Below, piece by piece: positions 49,416-59,699 of a DNA stretch of 64,000 nt. How positions within the stretch are numbered: the stretch's first letter is position 1; each line of letters starts with the position of its first letter. Source of the stretch: Thermoplasmatota archaeon. GTDB lineage: Archaea; Thermoplasmatota; E2; DHVEG-1. The position numbers and the translations under genes are program-made. The notes beneath the pieces were generated by a model. The model searched no databases, was not told the origin of the DNA, and saw only the letters and a list, made by a program, of their open reading frames with translations. Location of the stretch: the NCBI GenBank assembly GCA_041550515.1, contig JBFEOQ010000001.1, positions 50,998 to 114,997 of the forward strand, in the 5' to 3' direction.

Positions 49416-51836
49416 TTAACTTGTAATTTCGTTTTTAACATTAAGTCTATTTTCTGTTTCAGCAATTTTAAGTCTTGTCTTGATAACAGTATCTGGATTA
49501 AGTGAAATACTATCTATTCCACATTCTACTAAAAACTCTGCAAACTCTGGAAAATCACTAGGGGCTTGTCCGCAAATTCCTACTTTTCTACTTGGTATAT
49601 GTGAGTGCGCCGTATCTATCACTTGTTTCACAAGTCTTTTTACTGCATCATTTCTTTCATCAAATATATGCGCAACTAAATCAGAATCGCGATCAAGCCC
49701 AAGGGTAAGCTGTGTTAAATCATTTGAACCAATGCTAAATCCATCAAAGATTTCAGCAAACTGATCAGCAACAATGACGTTGCTTGGAATTTCACACATT
49801 ACATATATTTCAAGCTCATTTTCTCCCTGCACTAAGCCAAACTCATGCATAGTTTTTATTACTTTTTTCCCCTCTTCAGGTGTTCTGCAGAACGGGATCA
49901 TTGTTTTAATATTTGTAAGTCCCATTTCATCTCGTGCTTTTTTAATGGCTTTACATTCAAGACCAAATGCTGGTTTATATTTCTCATCATAATATCGTGA
50001 AGCACCACGCCATCCAATCATAGGATTGTGCTCTTCTGGTTCATATAAGAAACCTCCAATGAGATTAGCATATTCATTTGTTTTAAAATCACTCATACGT
50101 ACAATTACATCATTTGGATAAAAGGATGCTGCAATTTTTGCAATACCTCTTGAAAGGGTGTCAACGAAAAATTCTACCTTATTTTCATATCCCTTACTTC
50201 TTTCATCAATGGTGTTTATAACATTAGCTATTTTTTTATTATCCTCTTTTATCTGTTTAAGTTTAGTATATTCAATTAAAGCAAGTGGATGTATTCCGAT
50301 ATGTGAGTTAATAATAAATTCTTCTCGAGCAAGTCCTACTCCATCATTTGGAATTTGACCTTGTGAAAAAGCTTTCTCAGGAATAGCTGCATTCATCATT
50401 ATTCGAGTTTTAGGTCTTGGTAAATTATCTAGTTTAAGTTCATCTATATGGAATTTTAATTTACCTTCATATATACGACCTACTCCTTCGCTACAGTCAA
50501 CTGTAATATTTTTAATATTTTGGATTTTTTGAGTGCCGTTACCTGTACCTATAACGCAAGGAATGCCAAGTTCACGTGAGATAATTGCAGCGTGACATGT
50601 ACGACCACCACGATTTGTAACAATTGCACTCGCAATTTTCATTATTGGCTCCCAATCGGGATCAGTCATATCAGTAACAAGAACTTGTCCTTTTTTGAAA
50701 TTGGCTATGTCTTTTGCATTTTCGATAACATTTGCTTCACCTTGACCAATCATACTTCCAACAGCTTCACCCATAGCTAAAACATTTCCTTTTTCCTCTA
50801 AAACATAAGTTTTCATTGTAGCTGTATCTTTTTGAGAATGAACTGTTTCCGGTCGCGCTTGTACAATAAAAAGCTCTTTAGAATTTCCATCTTTTGCCCA
50901 TTCAATATCCATTGGTTTCCTATAGTGCTCTTCGATGATTACTGCCCATTTAGCAAGTTTTAATATTTCTTCATCTTTTAAAACAAATTTTTCTTTATCT
51001 TCTTTGTTAACTGTGATATTTTTTGTTCCTTTTTTATCATATATCATGCGCTTTTGCTTTGCACCAATCTTTTTCTCAAGAATTGGTTTAAATCCAGTTT
51101 TTAAAGTTGGTTTAAAAACATAAAACTGATCTGGATTTACTGCACCTTGAACAACGTTTTCACCAAGACCATAAGAACCAGTTATATATACAACATCATC
51201 GAATCCGCTTTCAGTATCAATAGAAAACATTACTCCTGCACTTGCTAGATCACTACGTACCATTTTTTGAACACCAACTGATAGATAAACACTAAAATGA
51301 TCAAATCCTTTATCAACACGATAGGATATAGCACGATTCGTAAATAATGATGCAAAACAATCACGAACTTTTTCAAGTAATTCTTCTTCCCCTCGAACAT
51401 TTAAATAAGTCTCCTGTTGACCAGCAAAACTTGCATCTGGTAAATCTTCAGCTGTAGCACTACTTCGCACTGCTACATCACAGTTTTTAACATATCTCTT
51501 CTCCATTCCTTTGTAATATTTACGGATATCTTCTTCCAATTCAGAAGGTAAAGGAGTATTCTTTATAAGATTACGAATTTTTTCTCCACGTTCAGCTAAA
51601 TCACGAACATTATGTGTGTTTAAACCGGTAAGAATATTCTTAATTTTTTTATCAATACCTGCTTTTTCTATTGTATATTTATAAGCATATGCAGTAATAG
51701 CAAAACCAGATGGTACATTAACACCTTTGGATCCAAGATTACGTATCATTTCTCCAAGAGATGCATTTTTTCCACCAACTGATGGAACATCATTTATTGT
51801 TAAATCTTCAAACCATTTATTAAATTCTTCAATCAT
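49416..51836 (-). CDS. ppsA: phosphoenolpyruvate synthase (pyruvate, water dikinase)
   Basis: N-domain VGGKNASLGEM. Swivel NRGGRTCHAAIISRELGIPCV with the catalytic His. PEP-utilizer C-domain. Confidence 0.9.
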   Translation of the reverse strand: MIEEFNKWFEDLTINDVPSVGGKNASLGEMIRNLGSKGVNVPSGFAITAYAYKYTIEKAGIDKKIKNILTGLNTHNVRDLAERGEKIRNLIKNTPLPSELEEDIRKYYKGMEKRYVKNCDVAVRSSATAEDLPDASFAGQQETYLNVRGEEELLEKVRDCFASLFTNRAISYRVDKGFDHFSVYLSVGVQKMVRSDLASAGVMFSIDTESGFDDVVYITGSYGLGENVVQGAVNPDQFYVFKPTLKTGFKPILEKKIGAKQKRMIYDKKGTKNITVNKEDKEKFVLKDEEILKLAKWAVIIEEHYRKPMDIEWAKDGNSKELFIVQARPETVHSQKDTATMKTYVLEEKGNVLAMGEAVGSMIGQGEANVIENAKDIANFKKGQVLVTDMTDPDWEPIMKIASAIVTNRGGRTCHAAIISRELGIPCVIGTGNGTQKIQNIKNITVDCSEGVGRIYEGKLKFHIDELKLDNLPRPKTRIMMNAAIPEKAFSQGQIPNDGVGLAREEFIINSHIGIHPLALIEYTKLKQIKEDNKKIANVINTIDERSKGYENKVEFFVDTLSRGIAKIAASFYPNDVIVRMSDFKTNEYANLIGGFLYEPEEHNPMIGWRGASRYYDEKYKPAFGLECKAIKKARDEMGLTNIKTMIPFCRTPEEGKKVIKTMHEFGLVQGENELEIYVMCEIPSNVIVADQFAEIFDGFSIGSNDLTQLTLGLDRDSDLVAHIFDERNDAVKRLVKQVIDTAHSHIPSRKVGICGQAPSDFPEFAEFLVECGIDSISLNPDTVIKTRLKIAETENRLNVKNEITS

Positions 51837-51941
51837 ATTAAAAGCTCACCAAATGTTTTTTATTTGTTAACAAGAACCTATTAATAAAACCTTTTTAAAA
51901 ACAGCAAAAGTAAGTATTAGTAAGCAACAAAGATTGCTTTT

Positions 51942-52487
51942 TTATTTTTCAATAAACACAGCAGCAGCAAGCACAGTAGTCCATAATCCATTTTTATCCC
52001 CCATTGCGGTTTGTGCAACGCTCTGAGTTCGAACAATCTGTTTACTCATCTTGTATTCCTGTTTTCGTTCATCCCATGCTTTATCAGGATCAAATTCTAA
52101 ACCTAGAGTAGTCGCAAGCATACTTGCGGCAAGATCTTCTGTGTAATCTACTAGTTTTTTCCCAGTAATCCCATTACAATGATGCTCAGATATATATCCA
52201 TAATTATCTCTATTCTTAGGAAGAGCAACTCCTATTGCGGCACCAATTAGTCGATTTGGTTCGTTAGTCGAATTTCTTGACATCACCACATAGGTTATTT
52301 CCCCACTATTAAGTTCTTTTATCCCTTTTTCTCTTGAAATAATTTTACAATTAGAAGGTATAATACTTGAAACATAAACAAGGTTACACTTTTCAATATT
52401 TGCATTACGTAATGCAAGCTCAAAAGACTGTAATTCCTGTTTATGTCTTCCTACTCCTTTTGTAAAAAAAACTCTTTTTGGAACCAT
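51942..52487 (-). CDS. pdaD: pyruvoyl-dependent arginine decarboxylase
   Basis: [13 protein letters not shown]...VYVSSIIP carries the self-cleaving Ser-Ser site; 181 aa. Confidence 0.85.
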   Translation of the reverse strand: MVPKRVFFTKGVGRHKQELQSFELALRNANIEKCNLVYVSSIIPSNCKIISREKGIKELNSGEITYVVMSRNSTNEPNRLIGAAIGVALPKNRDNYGYISEHHCNGITGKKLVDYTEDLAASMLATTLGLEFDPDKAWDERKQEYKMSKQIVRTQSVAQTAMGDKNGLWTTVLAAAVFIEK

Positions 52488-52546
52488 ATTTTTTTAGGAA
52501 TATTTTTCCTTTAATAAAGATATCTGAAAGTTTACTATTTTTCTCT

Positions 52547-53461
52547 TTAAATATCTTCGTCATCTATTTTCTTTTCAAACTTCTTTTTTGATCCATTTTG
52601 CATTTTTAATAAATCACGCATTTGTTTTTGTATATCAATTTGTTCTTTTTGGAACGCTGTTTGTTCTTTTTGATATTCAATATTTTTTTGATGATATGGT
52701 ATTGTATCTTTTTCTTGAATGAATTCCTCGACCAATTTTTTTATTTCTTTGAAGGGATGAACTCCATGCAATTCGTAATAACTTCGTGCTCTAGGTGTTT
52801 GAACTTCTTTACCACCACCAAAAATACCCAAGAATTTTGCTTTTTTTTCACCTATTTGAATACCACCTGCTGCAAAAGAATTATCACTACCTAAACCAAA
52901 ACCAGATTGAGAAATAGGAATTATTGTACCAAAACCAAATATTTGGCCAAGTATTCCTTGTTTAGCATTTATATCTGTTATTTTATCATAACGCAGTGTT
53001 CTTTCTTCTTTAGTTATCACTCCTCCTTTAAAGATTATTCTTTCGTTTGATAAGATATATTTATGTGAACGACGGTACAATTCGACTAATAAAAAACCTA
53101 GAAATGAAATTAAAATGGTGTAGATAGGAATAAAAATTTTTACAGAATTTTGCCATCCTTGCCAAAACATAAGAACTATACCCACAACAACTATTCCGAG
53201 ATATATGAAGAAAATTCTCCATCGAATTGTTGTTATCGATACAATAATACCTACTATTAATAATATAATTGCCCATAATGCAATAGGCGCAAGAATATCT
53301 GTGAAAAGAGAATGCCATTCAGAGATATTAACAAACCAATATAGTACTACGCCCCAAATAATTAAGAATATACATAACGCTTGATAACGCATAAATGATA
53401 ATGGATGTGGTGAAAGCATTTTTTCTAGTTTCTCATTTTTTAATAGCTCTTCGTCATTCAT
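52547..53461 (-). CDS. membrane protein with bacterial-type PH (bPH_2, YdbS/YdbT-like) domain
   Basis: Two TM helices, then SNERIIFKGGVITKEERTLRYDKITDINAKQGILGQIFGFGTI bPH_2 signature. Gly-rich, charged tail. Confidence 0.5.
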   Translation of the reverse strand: MNDEELLKNEKLEKMLSPHPLSFMRYQALCIFLIIWGVVLYWFVNISEWHSLFTDILAPIALWAIILLIVGIIVSITTIRWRIFFIYLGIVVVGIVLMFWQGWQNSVKIFIPIYTILISFLGFLLVELYRRSHKYILSNERIIFKGGVITKEERTLRYDKITDINAKQGILGQIFGFGTIIPISQSGFGLGSDNSFAAGGIQIGEKKAKFLGIFGGGKEVQTPRARSYYELHGVHPFKEIKKLVEEFIQEKDTIPYHQKNIEYQKEQTAFQKEQIDIQKQMRDLLKMQNGSKKKFEKKIDDEDI

Positions 53462-54524
53462 CTTGTCCTACTCCTTTCCTCTCATATTTTATTTGTTTTA
53501 TCTTTCTCTTAGTTTTAAATTTATCGTCTTTTCGATTTATTAGTAAATATATCACAACTATAGTTGTAAGTATCATTATAATAAGAGAGATACTTTTATC
53601 CATATCTATTGGTAAATACACAAAAAAGACTCGAGCAAGAATATAAGACAGTGGGATTGTTATATATGGAAGAATTTTTTTTCTCCCTTTTATTTTGTCA
53701 ATGGAAAAAATGAAAATTATTATTAAGAAGGATATAAAAAGACCGACTATTGAAATAATAGATAACCAACCAAAAATTGAAAAAAATGTTGCATAGATGG
53801 CTTGATCTAAGACATACAAAATAAAATAAACTAAGTAAATAAGTAATAATAAGCACAAAACATATAATGGCTTATAGTTAATGAGTTGCCAGATGTTTTT
53901 TAATTCATATGAAATATCTATTTTATCAATTTTTTTTTCACCAAGATAACTTGGTCTTATTCCTAAACCTAAAAAAACCAATAATAGAAGAAAACCCAGA
54001 TAAATAGGATGGAATAAATCTATGTTTATTAAAAAATTTAAAAATTTATCTAAAAAATTATAAAGATTAAAACCTAAAATAGTTAGCTGTCCACTAAAAG
54101 TATATTTAAATTCTAAAATATGAGAAGGTATTGTTGTATCAAAATTATTAACAATGAAATACAAGCAAATTAGTAATAAAAAAGCAGGTATGAAAAAAGG
54201 ACCTACGAAAAGAAAGGTATTTGATATCCATTCTAAAATTCCTTTTTTTTGTTTCTTTGGTGTTACTTTCCCATAATTTACACTTAGATATATTTCAGAT
54301 ATTCCACTTTTTGTAACAGTGTATCCAAAAGCATGACAAATAGTTTGAAATAATATTCCTAAATAATTTGTAAATTTACAAAAAGGCTCATGTTTTTTTC
54401 TTATTTTTTCTAGCAGATATTTTTGACCTTGAATTAATATAAGTTGTATAAACCAGAGTAAACAAATTCCACTTATTGTTGCAAGAGGCGCAATAAGTAT
54501 TACTTCTATTATTGAACTGTCCAT
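53454..54524 (-). CDS. polytopic membrane protein of unknown function (operon partner of the bPH_2 protein)
   Basis: 356 aa with at least 8 hydrophobic segments. 8-nt overlap with the downstream gene. Confidence 0.45.
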   Translation of the reverse strand: MDSSIIEVILIAPLATISGICLLWFIQLILIQGQKYLLEKIRKKHEPFCKFTNYLGILFQTICHAFGYTVTKSGISEIYLSVNYGKVTPKKQKKGILEWISNTFLFVGPFFIPAFLLLICLYFIVNNFDTTIPSHILEFKYTFSGQLTILGFNLYNFLDKFLNFLINIDLFHPIYLGFLLLLVFLGLGIRPSYLGEKKIDKIDISYELKNIWQLINYKPLYVLCLLLLIYLVYFILYVLDQAIYATFFSIFGWLSIISIVGLFISFLIIIFIFSIDKIKGRKKILPYITIPLSYILARVFFVYLPIDMDKSISLIIMILTTIVVIYLLINRKDDKFKTKRKIKQIKYERKGVGQDE

Positions 54525-54771
54525 CCTTCTCCAATTTTTGATAGTAAATATTGACTATAAAACTTTATCTTTTAAACAACCTTATTTCTTTAATAAGGTT
54601 TTATAAGTTCTCTAAATTAATTAGGGTACTCTCCATAATTATTTTATTTCTATTATATCTTCTAAAAAATTCCAATTTGCATAAAATAAGAAAAAAAAAG
54701 AACACTTTATTAATAATACTCCCAAATCAATTTAACAAAAGACATGTATATCTTAACTTATAAAAAATAAA

Positions 54772-55584
54772 TTAACGTACTAATTTAAGACGTACCATCT
54801 GATAAAAACTTTCTCCGAAACGAATAAAAAGTGCCTTTTTTTCAGAACCAGTTATTTCAATTTTTGAATCAGAAGTTACATCCATTGGAGATTCTCCATC
54901 GATTACGATTTTAGAAATTTTGCTTTTATGCAGAAGTTTAATAATTATTTTTTTATTAAGGGGGACAACCCATGGACGAGCAGCAAGTTTGAAAGGAGCT
55001 AAAGGTGCTATTACCATTGCGTTAACACTAGGATCTAGAATAGGGCCACCCGCACTTAAAGAATAACTAGTGCTTCCAGTTGGTGTAGCAATTATAATTC
55101 CATCAGCACCAAATGTTTCTAACAATTCATCATCTATTAAAACCTGTAAATAAATCATTTTTGCGATTCGTGATGTTTGAATTGTGACTTCATTTGTCGC
55201 ATCTGGTAATCTTTTACCATCAACGTGTACCTTAAGCTTTGAACGTTCTTCAATATTATATGTACCATTAATCACATGTTGTAAACCTTCTTTTGCATAT
55301 TTTGATTCAACTTCAGAAAGAAAGCCCATGCCTCCACTATTTATTGCAAAAATTGGTTTTTCAATTTTTTCAAGAGCTCTAAGTATTGTTCCATCGCCTC
55401 CAACTGTTACAACGATATCTGCTTTATTGTTAATATCGCGCATAGAATATCCTTTTAAACCATGTTTTTTTGCAAATTTATCCTCTGCAAAGACTTCTCC
55501 ATTTTCTTTTAGAAAATTATAGATATCTTTACCAGTTGAAATCGCTTTTTTCACATGATAATTACAAATTAGACCCCATTTCAT
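54772..55584 (-). CDS. nadK: NAD kinase
   Basis: GGDGT motif, NxGxxGFL, conserved C-terminal beta domain. Confidence 0.85.
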   Translation of the reverse strand: MKWGLICNYHVKKAISTGKDIYNFLKENGEVFAEDKFAKKHGLKGYSMRDINNKADIVVTVGGDGTILRALEKIEKPIFAINSGGMGFLSEVESKYAKEGLQHVINGTYNIEERSKLKVHVDGKRLPDATNEVTIQTSRIAKMIYLQVLIDDELLETFGADGIIIATPTGSTSYSLSAGGPILDPSVNAMVIAPLAPFKLAARPWVVPLNKKIIIKLLHKSKISKIVIDGESPMDVTSDSKIEITGSEKKALFIRFGESFYQMVRLKLVR

Positions 55585-56789
55585 CTATTTTTAATCTCCT
55601 TAATTTCTTTTCTATGTTTGATTAGAGCATTAAGTTTTGTACTTATAGGTAAATGTTTTGCAACTTCTTTAACAAGACCATAAGTGCTAATTTCTTCAAA
55701 TTTAATATCTTTTAATTCATGTGCTAATTTGTTAAAAATTTTATCATTCATATCTAAAAGTAATTCTTTAACAAGATAGTTTCGTTTGATTTTTTGACCA
55801 AATGCTTCTTTCCAGCGGATTTCATATTCCGATAAAAATTCCTTGCTAAAATCTTTTAATTTTATTGCTTTAGCGATTAATTCACCTGCAATTTTTCCAC
55901 CTTCTAAACAATGAGTAAGTCCTCCTCCTGTTATTGGATCAACATGACGAGCAGCATCACCTACTAGAATCAGATTATCTCTTACTGTTTCAACAGGGTT
56001 TGCTACAGGTACTGCGCCTGCAATAAAACGTATGGGTGAGCCTTTTTGCATTCTTGGATCATTTGAAATAAAATCATCTAATAATTTTTTTGCTCTTCCT
56101 GCCTCAGACAGACTTGCAAGAATACCGATACCAACATTTGCAACGTTTTTACCTTTTGGAAATACCCAAATATAGCCTCCAGGTGCAATTTCTTTACCTA
56201 AGTAAAAATCACAGTATGCATCTTTTACATCGATATTCGTAAGGGTATATTGAGCACAAGTTTCCAAATCCTTAGGCTCAAGACGTGTGTTTATTCCTCC
56301 CCATTGGCCAATTTTTGATTCAACGCCATCTGCACCAACTACAATATCTGCTTCAATTTCAAATTCATCATCAAATCTTTTTACACGAACCCCTCTGATT
56401 TTATCTCCTTGTTTAATAAGTCCAATTGCTTGTGTATTCAACATAAAAGTAGTGCCTGCTTTAATTGCACTGCAGGCTAGTTCTTGATCAAAAATATCAC
56501 GATAAACAACATACCCTGTCTCATTTCCTGCTTGTTCTGCTTGAAGAGTTACACAAGTTTTATCTGGTGAATAAATACGAGCACCATCCATTTTTCCTGC
56601 AATCCAGCGTCTACCTTCAATTATTTTCCATTCATCTATCTTACGACTAATTCCTTCGCCACATAATACAGGTACTCCTACTTCTGCACGTCGCTCAATT
56701 ACAAGAACTTTTGCACCGCCTTCTGCAGCAAAACGTGCTGTAACACTCCCTGCAGGACCAGAACCTACTATTATTACATCATATTTCAT
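55581..56789 (-). CDS. digeranylgeranylglycerophospholipid (geranylgeranyl) reductase
   Basis: YDVIIVGSGPAGS FAD motif. GGR-family length and conserved Cys. Start taken at MKYDV. Confidence 0.8.
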   Translation of the reverse strand: MKYDVIIVGSGPAGSVTARFAAEGGAKVLVIERRAEVGVPVLCGEGISRKIDEWKIIEGRRWIAGKMDGARIYSPDKTCVTLQAEQAGNETGYVVYRDIFDQELACSAIKAGTTFMLNTQAIGLIKQGDKIRGVRVKRFDDEFEIEADIVVGADGVESKIGQWGGINTRLEPKDLETCAQYTLTNIDVKDAYCDFYLGKEIAPGGYIWVFPKGKNVANVGIGILASLSEAGRAKKLLDDFISNDPRMQKGSPIRFIAGAVPVANPVETVRDNLILVGDAARHVDPITGGGLTHCLEGGKIAGELIAKAIKLKDFSKEFLSEYEIRWKEAFGQKIKRNYLVKELLLDMNDKIFNKLAHELKDIKFEEISTYGLVKEVAKHLPISTKLNALIKHRKEIKEIKNR

Positions 56790-56991
56790 GTTGATATTCC
56801 TCCCCACAAATTGCTCCAATTGGGCAAGTCCTTATACAAATCGCACAGCTTATGCATTTCTGTGGGTCTATCTCAGCTTTATATCCTGTCCAGAATATTG
56901 CATCTTGTGGACAAATAGATATACATCCACAACAGGCTAAGCATTTCTTTTTATCTATAATTGCTTTAGGCTTTCCCATAACTTTCACCAC
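56779..56991 (-). CDS. 2x[4Fe-4S] ferredoxin, probable GGR electron donor
   Basis: CLACCGCISICP and CISCAICIRTCP motifs. Overlaps the GGR start. Confidence 0.7.
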   Translation of the reverse strand: MVKVMGKPKAIIDKKKCLACCGCISICPQDAIFWTGYKAEIDPQKCISCAICIRTCPIGAICGEEYQHEI

Positions 56992-57538
56992 GTTTAAATC
57001 CAGAGGCTATTAGATGAGCCACCCTAATCGGTTCTGGAATAACACCCCTTATTGTTGATATATTTATTATTTCTTTTGTCTCCTCGAGTGATAAACCTTT
57101 ACATTTAACATAAATTGGATTATGTTTCGTTTTAATCTCATGAAGTTTTCCTTTTTCCATCAAATTAAAGCGTGTTTTCCAATCCTTAAAATTTTTTTGT
57201 AATGCTACTTTTATTTTTTTAAAATCAGGTTTATCTCTTGTTATAGTTATTACTGGAAGTTCAGTTTCATTATATAAACTCTCGATATCAACAATATTAA
57301 ACCCACCTAGTGCTATTCCATCAATAAGAATTGCTTTTAATTGTATTTTATGTCTTGTGTTTTCAATCATTCTTTTACAAACAAAGGTTGCATCATCTCC
57401 ATCAAGAGATACTTGATTTTTTAGTATACCTTCGATATATTCGCCACCACGCATTATAACACCGATAACAATTACCTTTTTATCAGTAAATGTAAAAGGA
57501 GAATCATCAATGCCCATTAACCTGATTTGCTGTTTCAT
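56966..57538 (-). CDS. UPF0215/DUF99 family protein
   Basis: LMGIDDSPF N-terminal motif of the archaeal DUF99 family; 190 aa. Confidence 0.5.
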   Translation of the reverse strand: MKQQIRLMGIDDSPFTFTDKKVIVIGVIMRGGEYIEGILKNQVSLDGDDATFVCKRMIENTRHKIQLKAILIDGIALGGFNIVDIESLYNETELPVITITRDKPDFKKIKVALQKNFKDWKTRFNLMEKGKLHEIKTKHNPIYVKCKGLSLEETKEIINISTIRGVIPEPIRVAHLIASGFKRGESYGKA

Positions 57539-57704
57539 TTAAATTAATAAAACTATTTTAAGCTAATAAACTTTCTAATTTTCTTTCTTTTAACTTTGAA
57601 TAAAAATTACTTTTATTATATGCATTACAATTTTGTAAATAAGAAATGAACTTAAAATGACTGTATTTTAAATTTTCATATTTACTTCATTTAATAATGA
57701 TTTT

Positions 57705-58067
57705 TTATAAAATTGGTAAATTTCCAGTAACTTGATCTATAATATTATTTGGAGCAGGGCCAATTCCAAGAACTGTTTTAGTTCCTTCAGGTATTTCTGT
57801 ATGTCCCGCATCAGTAATTATATAAGCAATAATTTTTAGTTCTTCAGCTTTTTTTTTCAAAGGATAAAAATCTTTTTCAGAATCAACTTTTAAAATAGCT
57901 TTTTTAGCACCTTCTGTTTGCCAATTATAAAACCATCTTGAATTAATTTTTTTTGTATCAAGAGCACAAGCAACTGCTGCATGAGCAACTTGAGCTGCAA
58001 GTTTCCCCGGTGAAAGCTTTAAATCACAACGGGTGATAATAACCATTTTATATTCGAAATCAGGCAT
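57705..58067 (-). CDS. pth2: peptidyl-tRNA hydrolase Pth2
   Basis: KMVIITRCDLKLSPGKLAAQVAHAAV; 120 aa. Confidence 0.8.
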   Translation of the reverse strand: MPDFEYKMVIITRCDLKLSPGKLAAQVAHAAVACALDTKKINSRWFYNWQTEGAKKAILKVDSEKDFYPLKKKAEELKIIAYIITDAGHTEIPEGTKTVLGIGPAPNNIIDQVTGNLPIL

Positions 58068-58069
58068 AT

Positions 58070-58429
58070 TTACTCATCATCAATATCATTAGATATTTCT
58101 TTATAATTTTCCTCTCTCCACTTTTTCCCCATAAGTTCAGCATTTGAGTTATCTATAAGACCTTTTACAAGAAGTGTTTTACCATTTTCTTGAATATGTT
58201 TTAGTGGAACACCAAGATATTTATCTTTTGTTTTAATAATTAATAAATCTTTATTAAATGCTATACTTTCACCAACTGTTTTACCTATGCCATCTATTAC
58301 AAAGCGACATAGTAAATTATACTTATATTCTTCTTCTTTTTCATGCTCTTCTTTTCTTTGTTTACGTTTAGAGAAAATAAATAAAATAGCATGGGAAGAG
58401 ATTAAAGCTAAATTTAATAAAATATACAT
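58070..58429 (-). CDS. small TM-anchored protein with PRC-barrel-like C-domain
   Basis: N-terminal TM, Glu/Lys-rich linker, then DLLIIKTKDKYLGVPLKHI...LLVKG. Abuts pth2 with a 2-nt spacer. Confidence 0.35.
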   Translation of the reverse strand: MYILLNLALISSHAILFIFSKRKQRKEEHEKEEEYKYNLLCRFVIDGIGKTVGESIAFNKDLLIIKTKDKYLGVPLKHIQENGKTLLVKGLIDNSNAELMGKKWREENYKEISNDIDDE

Positions 58430-58507
58430 TGATATATCGCCTGCTTATTTTGCCAAGTAATCTGCGATTCTGTTATAAATCTTTGGAAGCATATCGGTTT
58501 TATAAAT

Positions 58508-59692
58508 ATGAAAAAATATGATGTAATAGTTGTAGGTGGAGGTCCAATTGGAGGGCATGTTTCAAAAAAGATCTCTGAAAAAAATTATTCAGTAGCGGTA
58601 TTAGAAAAAAATAACGAGATTGGAAAATATCTAAATTGTGCAGGTCTTGTAACAAAACGTGTTTTTAACATCACGAAAATATCCTTAAAAACAATTCAAA
58701 ATAAAATTTATGGTGCAAATATACATTCCCCTTCTAATAATATATTAAAAATTGGAGGGGATCGAATTCATGCAATTGTAATTAATAGAAAAAATTTTGA
58801 TAAAGAAATAATAAAAAAAGCAGAAAAAAACCAAGTAGATATTTTTCTTGAAAATAAATTAAATAGTATACAAAAAAATAAAAATAAATTAAATATAATG
58901 ACATCTAAAAAACAAGAGTTTAAATGTAAAATTTTAATTGGCTCTGATGGTCCATTATCAAAAACAAGAATGCTTTTGAATTTTCCTAATCCAAAAGAAT
59001 TTTTAAAAGGAATAGGTGCTGAAGTTTCTAATGTATCTATTGATCCTAATTTTGTTGAAATATTTATTGGTAATAATATTGCTCCTGGTTTTTTTGCCTG
59101 GATAATACCTATTAATAATGAAGGTACAGAGGCAAGAATTGGTTTATGCATTGATAATGATGCATTGTATCCACCATTATTTTATTTTAAAAAATTTTTA
59201 CAAAATAAAAATTCTCAAAATTTTATTAAGGATGCAAAAATAGAAAGAAATATCGCAGGAATTATTCCACTCGGTGCACTGAAAAAAACTTTTGCTGATA
59301 ATGTACTTCTCGTTGGTGATGCAGCAGCGCAGGTAAAGCCTACTTCTGGGGGAGGGTTATATACAGGTTTGTTATCAGCTGAACATTGTGCGAATATAGC
59401 AACTTTTTCTTTAGAAAAAAATAATTTTTCTTCCATGGTTTTAAAAAAATATCATAAACTTTGGTATAAGGATTTAGGTAAAGAATTAAATCTTGGTATG
59501 ATCTTTAGAAGAATTTTTAAAAAATTATCAGATAAAGAATTAAACAAGTATATATGTAAATTAACGAACCCTAAAACTGTGAATATTATTAATAAATATG
59601 GTGATATCGATTATCCTTCTAGACTTGCAAGTCCAATTATTAAAATTAATCCTTCAATCCTTAAACTTGCTAAAAATATTTTAAAAAAATAA
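58508..59692 (+). CDS. geranylgeranyl reductase family flavoprotein (second paralog)
   Basis: YDVIVVGGGPIGG FAD motif. LVGDAAAQVKPTSGGGL GGR-family motif. Confidence 0.65.
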   Translation: MKKYDVIVVGGGPIGGHVSKKISEKNYSVAVLEKNNEIGKYLNCAGLVTKRVFNITKISLKTIQNKIYGANIHSPSNNILKIGGDRIHAIVINRKNFDKEIIKKAEKNQVDIFLENKLNSIQKNKNKLNIMTSKKQEFKCKILIGSDGPLSKTRMLLNFPNPKEFLKGIGAEVSNVSIDPNFVEIFIGNNIAPGFFAWIIPINNEGTEARIGLCIDNDALYPPLFYFKKFLQNKNSQNFIKDAKIERNIAGIIPLGALKKTFADNVLLVGDAAAQVKPTSGGGLYTGLLSAEHCANIATFSLEKNNFSSMVLKKYHKLWYKDLGKELNLGMIFRRIFKKLSDKELNKYICKLTNPKTVNIINKYGDIDYPSRLASPIIKINPSILKLAKNILKK

Positions 59693-59699
59693 AATAAGT

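Noticed and set aside
54551-54763. 70-aa + strand ORF in the 54525-54771 spacer
   Set aside because: Low-complexity Leu/Ile/Lys translation with no start context. The spacer more likely holds the promoter for the 53454-54524 operon, and the aaccttat-N7-ataaggtt hairpin at 54573-54595 lies within it.
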